A DNA stretch of 37,883 bases, the filler included, from Myxococcota bacterium (lineage in GTDB: Bacteria; Myxococcota; Myxococcia; Myxococcales; Myxococcaceae), in NCBI GenBank assembly GCA_049322255.1. It is 7 parts of 7 records of this genome, joined end to end, with 100 filler letters (N's around TTAATTAATTAA, not from the genome) between each part and the next. Parts side by side here need not be neighbours in the genome. Positions count along the whole stretch, not along the records: positions 5,945 to 11,762 come from JBMORE010000180.1; positions 11,863 to 17,440 come from JBMORE010000184.1; positions 17,541 to 23,040 come from JBMORE010000186.1; 4 more parts are not named here. One strand, written 5' to 3'. Positions within the stretch are counted from its first letter, which is position 1; every line of letters begins with the position of its first letter. The position numbers and the translations under genes were made by a program. The notes under the pieces are model-generated. The model had not been told where the DNA came from. It worked only from the letters and a program-made list of their open reading frames with translations, and did no database searches. Positions 10,160 to 17,840 of the stretch are shown here, piece by piece.

Positions 10160-10678
10160 ATGCGCAAGGTTCAGGTCGAAACCTACGTGGTGACCGAAGA
10201 GCGTCACGACCGTGCCGCGGGTGAGCTCAACAAGCTGGCGCGGCGGATTCGTGCTTTGCGTGAGCGCAAAGGTCTCACCCAGGAGGACTTCGCCTCGCGC
10301 TGCGGAATCTCGGTGAGCTTCGCCTCGCTGCTCGAGCGCGGCGAGCGCAGCCCCAGCTACGAAACCTTGGTGGAGATGGCATGGGCGCTCGACCTCTCCC
10401 TGGCCGAGCTGTTTCGCGACTCTCCGGTGGAGACCTACGACGACCCCTCCTACGCCCGTCTGCCCGACTTCGCCCGGCGCGCCAGGCTCTCTCGCGCGCA
10501 GGTCGACCGGCTGGTGGCGGTGGGCGAGGCGATGTTCGGAGTGGCTCCGGGAGCGTCTCGCAGCGGCGGGGCGCGGCCGGAAATGGAAGGGTGCTCACAG
10601 GAGGGCTGCGGGCGGCAGGTGTTGGCCAAGGGCCTGTGCGCGTCGCACTACCACCGGGCACGGAGGGCAAGGTCTTAA
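10160..10678 (+). CDS. XRE-family HTH regulator with C-terminal CCCH-type Zn-binding motif
   Basis: IRALRERKGLTQEDFA...LERGERSPS HTH_3; CSQEGCGRQVLAKGLCASHY; divergent from gdh. Confidence 0.85.
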   Translation: MRKVQVETYVVTEERHDRAAGELNKLARRIRALRERKGLTQEDFASRCGISVSFASLLERGERSPSYETLVEMAWALDLSLAELFRDSPVETYDDPSYARLPDFARRARLSRAQVDRLVAVGEAMFGVAPGASRSGGARPEMEGCSQEGCGRQVLAKGLCASHYHRARRARS

Positions 10679-10696
10679 AGCCTTCGCCCCTGACCC

Positions 10697-11762
10697 TCAC
10701 CAGCGGTAGCGCAGACCGAGCCAGAGGCTGCCGTACCAGGCGAGCGCGCCTTGAGTGGGCCGCGCAGCACCGACGTCGAGACCGGCGACCAGGGCGGCGT
10801 AAGCAGCCTCCAGCTCTGCGGCGAACGCATCTCCCGTACCGTCGAGGCGCGGCAGCCAGCGCGCGGTAGCGATGAGCCGCGTTTGGTCCGAATCGGCGAA
10901 GGCGTAAGAGAAGGTCGGCCCCACCGAGAGCGCGTCGGAGGCCGCCGCGGTGGTTTGCACGCGTTGGTACTCACCCAGCCCGCCCAGACCGATGCGGCCG
11001 ACCCACAAGCGAAGGCCGGGGGCCGCGCGTAGCCATTGCTCGGTGCCGGCGGACAGCTCGGTGAGAAAGTGGCCAGCCAAGAGCATCTCGATGCCTGAGG
11101 AAAGGCCCTCCTCGGGTGGGGGAAACCAGAAGCCGTGGCGAATCCCCAACGCGCCGCCCACCAGCGAGCCCGCGGTGGGGGCGGTGCTCAGCGAGCTGGC
11201 GCGAAAAGCTCCCCCGGCGTAGGCATAGCCCTTGGCACGCAAGCGAGGGTCACGCACTTCTCCGGCGGCGGCGATGCCTTCTTCGGCTTCGGCGCGACGA
11301 CGCTCTTCCGCTTGGGCCAGCGCCACCGCCTCCAGCTCGGCGCGCTTCTTCGCCTTCTCGTCCTCGGTGAGGAGCTCCTGCTCGAGCGCTGCCAAGCGAC
11401 GCTTGGTTTCCTCCTCGGCCTTGGCCAGCTCGGCCAACCGCGCGGCACGGACGGCGTCGAGCTCGGCGCGGCGTTTGGCTTCGGCAGCCTCCTCCTCCGA
11501 GGCCTCGCGGCGCAGCGCCTCCAGTCGAGCTGTTTCTTCCGCCTTCACCCGCTCCAGCTCTCGGCGAGTCTCCTCACGGTGGGCCGCGTCGGCGTCAGCG
11601 CGGGCTTTGGCTTCGGCGTCGACCTGGACGCGGCGGGCCTCTTCGGCGGCGCGCAGCTCCTCCTGACGTCGAGCGGCGTCGGTGCGGCGGTGTTCGAGCT
11701 CCGCCTGGTACTCCGCGGCGCGGCGGGCCTTTTCTTCCTCTCGCTCGCGCGCCTCAGCGGCC
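10697..11762 (-). CDS. Partial (5'-truncated) protein: Ala/Glu/Arg coiled coil followed by a probable outer-membrane beta-barrel
   Basis: Frame stays open upstream of the track start (…EARRVQVDAEAKARADADAAHREETRRELERVK…); amphipathic strands ending SLWLGLRYRW with a terminal aromatic residue. Confidence 0.65.
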
Positions 11763-11862
11763 NNNNNNNNNNNNNNNNNNNNNNNNNNNNNNNNNNNNNN
11801 NNNNNNTTAATTAATTAANNNNNNNNNNNNNNNNNNNNNNNNNNNNNNNNNNNNNNNNNNNN
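11763..11862. other. Artificial contig spacer
   Basis: N44-TTAATTAATTAA-N44. Confidence 0.98.
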
Positions 11863-13436
11863 GTCGCCGCGGTCGTCTCCTTGCACCAGTCGGCAGCGTG
11901 GCCTCGGTGGAAGAGGCGGGCGAGGTGCTCGGCGCGCTCGCGGGCCTGCGGAGCGCTATCCGTCGTCGCGGGCCACGGCAAAGATGGGTCGACGTAGCTC
12001 GCCAACCCGTTGTGCTGACCGTTGGGCTTGGCGCCCAGAAAGTCTCCCATGCGCCCCTCGGCCATCTCGGTGCCGCCGGGGTTTTGCTTGGCGTACAGCC
12101 GGGTCATCGACACCACCCGCTGAAGCTCGAAGCGGAACTGGTTGCGCAGCTTCGCCGGTACGGGAACCTCGCCGGTGCTGCGCGCCACCTTGGGCACCAT
12201 CCACCCGATGGTCTTCGAGCTCAGCTCGAGCATCACTTGCTGCCCTGCCACTTTGAGCTGCACCGCCATGCCGGCCAGGAGCGCCTTGTTCGTCGCTCGC
12301 TGACCGAAGCACTCGGCTCCGGTGGGGTCAACGGCGGCGAGGCCCCCATCCAGCGGTCCCAGAGCGCCGACCGGCTCCCCCGCGGCGAGGTACACCTCTC
12401 GCATCCCCGACGCGGCGCAGGAGAAGAGGCGGGTGCTCTGCTCCGAAAGCGAGCTCGAGGTGCCGAAGGGAGGTAGCTCTCGGAGATAGTCATCGCCAAT
12501 CGCCGCATGGGTACCTCCGCCGGGAGCGACGTACTCCACATCCGCATGCGGAGCGCACATGGCGTCGTTGACGTCGTAGGACGTCCACGCGGGCAACCGC
12601 TGGAGCACCCCGCGCGCACCGTGGATGAGCCCGGCGGTGAGCGCCACCAGCACCGCGCGGTCGCGCTGATCATCGCCACTGCCAGGAAAGTCGGTCAGGT
12701 TGGGCGAGCCCCAGCGCTGCCACATGTGCCCCATGCTCCAGGCGTCTTGCAGGTAGTGCTGTCCCACCGCTTCCAGCGCGAGCGCCTCCACCGTGCAGTC
12801 CTCCACGTACGCCAAGAATCGAGGCGTTGCGGTCAGCGCATCGCGCATCGATCTGCACTCGGCGGCCCGAGCGACGGCCATCGCGTGGTAGTGCGCATAG
12901 AAACGCTGCGCCTGGGGCAAGAAGTGGTTCGAGTTCACCGGGCCCATGTGACTGGCGAAGTCGTGGCACTCGTCAGGGCCGACGCCGGCGCCATCGAGCG
13001 GACAGGTTTCGTGCGCCGACGCCCAGTCCCACAGTGCGTAGGAGAAGTCGGGCAGCTGGGCCAGCTCGCCGACGCTGAACGCCCTCGTCTGCGCGCGCTC
13101 GCTCTGCTCGAAGGCCACCGGGATAAGCGACGTCGGCGAAGCGCCTGCAATGGCAACCGTGGCGCTGGAGGTGAACACCCGCAAGCGCCGAGTGGAAGAC
13201 GCCGCGTCGGGCAGCCCGGCGAGCACCCGCGTCTGCTCCCAGAGCTGACGGTGCTCGTCGAGCCCGCCGACCCAACGCTGGCGCGCGGTGTACGGACCTG
13301 CCTCGGGTTGGCAGTAGCTGCTCGCGGCCCCGAGCGCGCCCACCTCCTGCGCGGGGTCTGCGTACGTGTAGCAGGTCGATTCCCAGCCCCAGGCGGCCGG
13401 AACGTAAAACAGGATGAGGAGGAGCGCGTATCTCAA
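11863..13436 (-). CDS. Secreted protein with Zn-dependent phospholipase C / S1-P1 nuclease-like motifs, 3'-truncated
   Basis: TTG start overlapping the upstream TGA; signal peptide LRYALLLILFYVPAAWG then W; DEH, LPD, NSNHF, QHYLQDAWSMGH motifs. Confidence 0.55.
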
Positions 13437-13885
13437 GGAGCCTCCAACGCGGTCCGCACGCCTGGGTGGCAGCTGCCGTCGAGGAAGAACACCCGCTCGA
13501 ACGCGGCGAAGGCCTCTTTGCCTCCGGCACGCGCGGTGTCGTACGCTTCCTTGCAGGCGCTCGGACAACAAGGGAGCAGCTCGGTCCAGGGCTGAGAAGT
13601 ACTGCAGCCCCGCGCCTGGGCCACGCACGCGTCGAGCTCCGTGGTCCCTGGGTCGAAGCACGATGTGACGAGCTCACTGCACGCGCCGGCGGCGGTGATG
13701 GCGTCGGAGACGGTGGGGTCGAGCTCCACACGCGCGCGCGAGGCTTCGATGAGCAAGAACTTCCCATCGGGGAGCTGCGGCAGCGGCAAGCCCGGAAGCG
13801 GCGGTGGCGTCTCCGGGTTCTTTCCCTTCGTCCCACACGCCGACAGGAGCAACCCGAGTGCGACCAGTGTGCTGACCCGCATCAT
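13433..13885 (-). CDS. Cys-rich lipoprotein, hypothetical
   Basis: AAGGAGGAGG RBS; lipobox LLLSAC; several Cys in the mature part; translationally coupled to the downstream gene. Confidence 0.8.
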   Translation of the reverse strand: MMRVSTLVALGLLLSACGTKGKNPETPPPLPGLPLPQLPDGKFLLIEASRARVELDPTVSDAITAAGACSELVTSCFDPGTTELDACVAQARGCSTSQPWTELLPCCPSACKEAYDTARAGGKEAFAAFERVFFLDGSCHPGVRTALEAP

Positions 13886-13909
13886 CGACGCCTCCTCCTT
13901 TGCCGCTCG

Positions 13910-13925
13910 AGCAGTGAGCATGCCA
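13910..13925 (-). promoter_or_regulatory. Putative sigma54 (-24/-12) promoter
   Basis: TGGCATGCTCACTGCT on the minus strand: GG-N10-GC, placed just upstream of the RBS of 13885. Confidence 0.6.
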
Positions 13926-14022
13926 AAGGGCTCCCGAGTGGGAGCAAGCATTTCGTCACTCCGTCCGCTTGGCCGCTGCGCAAAAGCTCGCGCAGGTTCT
14001 GGCATGGGCGTCGTGCTGAGCG

Positions 14023-14058
14023 CCCCTCACCCCTACCCTCTCCCAGGGGGAGAGGGGG
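14023..14058 (-). repeat. Short palindromic element, copy B (intergenic)
   Basis: CCCCTCACCCCTACCCTCTCCCAGGGGGAGAGGGGG; reverse complement matches 2496-2531 at 32/36. Confidence 0.75.
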
Positions 14059-14113
14059 CCGTCGACTTGCGCCCGCCCCCCTCCGCCAGGTTATGTGAGC
14101 GCCCGGAGGAACC

Positions 14114-15217
14114 ATGGCCCCCTCACTGAAAACCACCGCCACCCGCATCGAGCTCGAAAACCCCTTTCTGCTCGGCTCGGGGCCTCCGGGGACCAACGCG
14201 CGGGTCATCGCCAAGTCCTACGACCTGGGCTGGGGCGGCGTGGTGTGCAAGACCATCAGCCTCGACGCGAGCAAGGTCATCAACACCGCGCCCCGCTACG
14301 GCAAGCTCAAAGCCCGCGAGGACGACAAGGTGGTGGTGGGCTTCGAGAACATCGAGCTCATCTCCGACCGCCCCTTCGACACCTGGCTGGACGAGTTCCG
14401 CCAGCTCAAAAAGCAGTACCCGAAGAAAGTCCTCATCGCCTCCATCATGGAGGAGTACCGCAAAGAAGCCTGGCAGGAGATTGTCCGCCGGGTGCAAGAG
14501 ACGGGCGTCGACGGCTTCGAGCTCAACCTCTCCTGCCCGCACGGTCTCCCGGAGCGGAAGATGGGGATGGCGATGGGGGAAGACCCCTCCATCTGCGAGG
14601 AGGTGGTGGGCTGGGTGAAGGAGGTCGCTCAGATTCCGGTGTGGGCGAAGATGACCCCCAACGTGGGTGACCCCAAGGTGCCGGCGAAGGCGGCGATGAA
14701 GGCGGGGGCCGACGGCATCTCCACCATCAACACCATTCTCTCGGTGGTGGGTGTGGACCTGCGCACCTTGCGCCCGATGCCCACCGTCGAGGGTTACACC
14801 GTGCCCGGCGGCTACTCGGGGCAGGCGGTGCGGCCGATTGCACTGCGCCACGTGATGGAGATTGCCCGCGCGATTCCCGGCGTGCCCATCTCCGGCATGG
14901 GCGGCATCGAGACCGGTTTCGACGCCGCGCAGTTCTTCCTCCTCGGCGCGCACACGGTGCAGGTGTGCACGGGCGCGATGCTCCAGGGGTACGAGGTCAT
15001 CTCCAAGATGAAGGAGGAGCTGCTCAAGGTGATGACCGACCACAAGCTCGAGACCATCTCGCAGATGGTTGGCAAGAGCCTGCCGTACTTCTCCACCCAC
15101 TTCGACCTGGTCGAGCGGCAGAAAGCGGCCAAGGCGGCGAAGGTGGGCGGCGGTAAAGATGCCGAGACCTGGAAGGGCGAGATCAAGAAGGAGACCGAGT
15201 CGCTCTCCGGCAACTGA
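14114..15217 (+). CDS. preA: Dihydropyrimidine dehydrogenase, FMN subunit (PreA / plant PYD1-like, no C-terminal Fe-S domain)
   Basis: GGAGGA RBS; ENPFLLGSGPPGTN, NIELISDR, ELNLSCPHG, WAKMTPN, GGYSG, VQVCTG; no CxxCxxCxxxC ferredoxin tail. Confidence 0.88.
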   Translation: MAPSLKTTATRIELENPFLLGSGPPGTNARVIAKSYDLGWGGVVCKTISLDASKVINTAPRYGKLKAREDDKVVVGFENIELISDRPFDTWLDEFRQLKKQYPKKVLIASIMEEYRKEAWQEIVRRVQETGVDGFELNLSCPHGLPERKMGMAMGEDPSICEEVVGWVKEVAQIPVWAKMTPNVGDPKVPAKAAMKAGADGISTINTILSVVGVDLRTLRPMPTVEGYTVPGGYSGQAVRPIALRHVMEIARAIPGVPISGMGGIETGFDAAQFFLLGAHTVQVCTGAMLQGYEVISKMKEELLKVMTDHKLETISQMVGKSLPYFSTHFDLVERQKAAKAAKVGGGKDAETWKGEIKKETESLSGN

Positions 15218-15699
15218 TGCGCGACTGCCCTTCGTGCCGTAAGCCGATGCAGGCGCTCTTCTTCGGGCGCCTGGAGCTGGACCGGTGCCTGGCGTGCAAG
15301 GCAACCTGGTTCGATCGGGGTGGGCTCGAGCGGGTGAGCGGCCGCCGCCTGGTGCCCAAGATTCTCGGTGACGCTGCGGTCTCGCGTTGTCCCGCCTGCC
15401 CCGGCTTGCTTTCCTCTGTCGAGCTGGAGGGGATTTCAGCAATCGCCTGTGTCGCCTGCGGAGGGTCGCTGGTGTCCGACGCGAAGCTGGACCTGCTCGC
15501 CGAGCCAATGAAGACGCGCGGGCGCAACGGGCTCAGCTTCGTCTGCACCCGCTGTGGCGACCGCTTCGCGCTCGAGGACGGTTTCCTTCGGGAAAGCAAG
15601 CTGTGTTGCATGCGCTGCGTACCCGAGAAGCCGAAGCAGCCGGCTGTTGCCGACGACCCGCTGTGGAGGCTGTTGCTCTTTCTGGGCCTGACACCGTGA
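15217..15699 (+). CDS. Multi Zn-ribbon protein (zf-TFIIB-like)
   Basis: Six CxxC motifs; CPSC...ELDRCLAC..TWFDRGGLE; coupled to both neighbours. Confidence 0.7.
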   Translation: MRDCPSCRKPMQALFFGRLELDRCLACKATWFDRGGLERVSGRRLVPKILGDAAVSRCPACPGLLSSVELEGISAIACVACGGSLVSDAKLDLLAEPMKTRGRNGLSFVCTRCGDRFALEDGFLRESKLCCMRCVPEKPKQPAVADDPLWRLLLFLGLTP

Positions 15700-16415
15700 A
15701 CCTCTTGCTCCTGAGAGACGAGGACTTCTTGCCCGACGGGTCGGTGCGGCTCGCTGGCCGCCGGCTGACCCACGCGCACGAGGTACTGCGTATTTCCGAA
15801 GGAAAGCGCCTGCGCGTCGGGAGGCTGGGCGGACTCGCCGGCGTCGGTGAGGTGGTGCACCAGTCGAGCGAGGAGCTGGTGCTGAAGGTGACGCTGGATT
15901 CGCCGCCGCCGGTTCGCCCGGGCATCGACTTGGTGCTGGCAGTGCCACGACCCAAGGCGCTCAAGAAGGTGCTACCGGCGGTGGCCTCGCTGGGCATCGA
16001 CCGGGTGGTGCTGGTGAACGCGTTCCGGGTGGAGAAGAGCTATTTCGACGCCAAGGTGCTTTCGCCGGAGGCGATCGACGAGCTGCTCGCGCTTGGCCTG
16101 GAGCAAGCGCGCGACACGGTGCCGCCGCAGGTGCTGGTGCGCGACCGCTTTCGGCCCTTCGTGGAGGACGAGCTCGACGCTCTCTTTGGCCGTTCGTCGC
16201 GCCGACTCCTCGCCCACCCAGGCGCTGAACGCTCCCTCACCGAGCTGCGCCCCGGTGGCCGGGTGGTGCTCGCCGTCGGCCCCGAGGGCGGGTGGATTCC
16301 CTTCGAGCTCGAGTTGCTCGCAGCGCACGGGTTTGAACCCTTCACCCTAGGAGCAAGAACTCTGCGGGTAGAGGTCGCGGTGCCGTGTTTGGTAGGTGCG
16401 GTTTCAAGCTTCTAA
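15696..16415 (+). CDS. rsmE: 16S rRNA m3U1498 methyltransferase RsmE
   Basis: GTG start overlapping the upstream TGA; HAHEVLRI, LEQARDT, AVGPEGGW, LGARTLRVEVA SPOUT motifs. Confidence 0.9.
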   Translation: MNLLLLRDEDFLPDGSVRLAGRRLTHAHEVLRISEGKRLRVGRLGGLAGVGEVVHQSSEELVLKVTLDSPPPVRPGIDLVLAVPRPKALKKVLPAVASLGIDRVVLVNAFRVEKSYFDAKVLSPEAIDELLALGLEQARDTVPPQVLVRDRFRPFVEDELDALFGRSSRRLLAHPGAERSLTELRPGGRVVLAVGPEGGWIPFELELLAAHGFEPFTLGARTLRVEVAVPCLVGAVSSF

Positions 16416-17362
16416 AAGCAGGTTCCGCCGTCGGAGAGGCGCGGGGTTTGATCGCAGGCATCGCCCATACTGTCTCGGTCCGCGTCCTCTTGAGCGCGGT
16501 TCGCGACGTTTGGGCAGTTATCCGCGGCGTTGGGCACGGAGTCCCCGTCGCGGTCGGGGTCGCATGCATCTCCGGTCTGGTCGCCATCCATGTCTGACTG
16601 CACGGAGTTGGCCAGGAGAGGGCAGTTATCCAGGCCGTCGCTGACGTTGTCCTGATCTGTGTCTGAGTTGCAGCCGCTCCCGTTCCCGGGAAGCACCTGG
16701 TTGGGATTGCTGATGCGGGGACAGTTGTCGGCGAAGTCCATGACGCCATCTCCGTCATCGTCGGGATCGCACCGATCGCCTAATTGGTCTCCATCCAGGT
16801 CGGACTGGTCGGGGTTGGAGTGTTCAGGACAATTGTCTGAGGCCTGGGGACGGCCATCGCCATCTAGGTCCGTGTCGCACGCGTTGCCCAACCCGTCTCC
16901 ATCGGCGTCATCCTGAGCGGAATTGGAGATTCCAGAGCAGTTGTCACAGTTGTCACCGACGAGGTCTCCATCTTGATCGCTCTGCCCAGAGTTGGAGACG
17001 CGCGGGCAATTGTCGGAGGAATTCAACCGCCCATCTCCATCGGTATCGCCGCACGGGGCGCTCCCGCCATCTACTTGCCCGCCATCAACACCGCCGTCGC
17101 TCTGGCCTCCACCGTCGGTTGGTCCTCCTGGCCCAATCAGGACGACGCAAGCTCCGCCTAAACAAGCTTGATTGGCCGCACAGAGCACACACGCCGAGCC
17201 ATTCAACCCGCAAGCAACACCGGAGGGAGTAACGCACTGCCCATCCGAAGCGCAGCACCCGGTGCAACTCGCTGGCCTACAAGGTTGGTGCACCGCACCG
17301 CAGGCCCCAAGGAACAACGCGAGGGACACCACCGCGCCGGCAGAAGCCTTCTTCCACATCAT
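16412..17362 (-). CDS. Thrombospondin type-3 repeat lipoprotein with N-terminal Cys-rich domain
   Basis: Lipobox LFLGAC; CxxCCxxxGxC module; six DNC(P/S)xxxN..Q.DxDxDxxGDxCD-type Ca-binding repeats. Confidence 0.85.
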   Translation of the reverse strand: MMWKKASAGAVVSLALFLGACGAVHQPCRPASCTGCCASDGQCVTPSGVACGLNGSACVLCAANQACLGGACVVLIGPGGPTDGGGQSDGGVDGGQVDGGSAPCGDTDGDGRLNSSDNCPRVSNSGQSDQDGDLVGDNCDNCSGISNSAQDDADGDGLGNACDTDLDGDGRPQASDNCPEHSNPDQSDLDGDQLGDRCDPDDDGDGVMDFADNCPRISNPNQVLPGNGSGCNSDTDQDNVSDGLDNCPLLANSVQSDMDGDQTGDACDPDRDGDSVPNAADNCPNVANRAQEDADRDSMGDACDQTPRLSDGGTCF

Positions 17363-17440
17363 CGCGACCTCTCTTCGTCTTGGTCCGGGTTATCGCGATG
17401 CACGCGGGTAGGTTGTCTCATTCCCTGATCCATTTCCTAG

Positions 17441-17540
17441 NNNNNNNNNNNNNNNNNNNNNNNNNNNNNNNNNNNNNNNNNNNNTTAATTAATTAANNNN
17501 NNNNNNNNNNNNNNNNNNNNNNNNNNNNNNNNNNNNNNNN
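17441..17540. other. Artificial contig spacer
   Basis: N44-TTAATTAATTAA-N44. Confidence 0.98.
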
Positions 17541-17773
17541 CACGACAGCTACCCTAGCAGGGGATGCCACGGTGGCGTGGAGCATGCGTGTCGCACCGCC
17601 GAGCGCGCGAAAGCCCGACGGAGGTGTCAGGGACGGGCGAGGGACGCCACCGCCAATCACGCGAAATCGCGTCTGGGCACGGCGCTGGCTTGCGCTGCTC
17701 GGCCGCCGCCGGAGCGGCCATGCCGCGCCGCGTAAAAACCACGTGGAGTAGGGCACTTATGCCGCTTCGTCGC

Positions 17774-17802
17774 TTGACAACAGAGGGGCCGATCCGTTGA
17801 AT
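17774..17802 (+). promoter_or_regulatory. Putative sigma70-type promoter
   Basis: TTGACA-17 bp-TTGAAT, about 40 nt before the GGGAG RBS and ATG of 17841. Confidence 0.45.
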
Positions 17803-17840
17803 GCCTCGCCCTTTTCCCCCTTTCCAACAGGGAGCAACAC

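Noticed and set aside
10679..10702. CCTTCGCCCCTGACCCTCACC as another copy of the palindromic element
   Set aside because: Only a loose match to the tail, with no CCCTCTCCC/GGGAGAGGG stem.
14000..14018. Plus-strand TGGCATGGGCGTCGTGCT as a sigma54 promoter for preA
   Set aside because: GG-to-GC spacing is 12 nt, not the required 10.
17541..17770. Possible ncRNA, riboswitch or small ORF upstream of the large lipoprotein
   Set aside because: Only generic GC-rich hairpins and unconvincing ORFs; no recognisable RNA family motif. No tRNA or rRNA was seen anywhere in the window.
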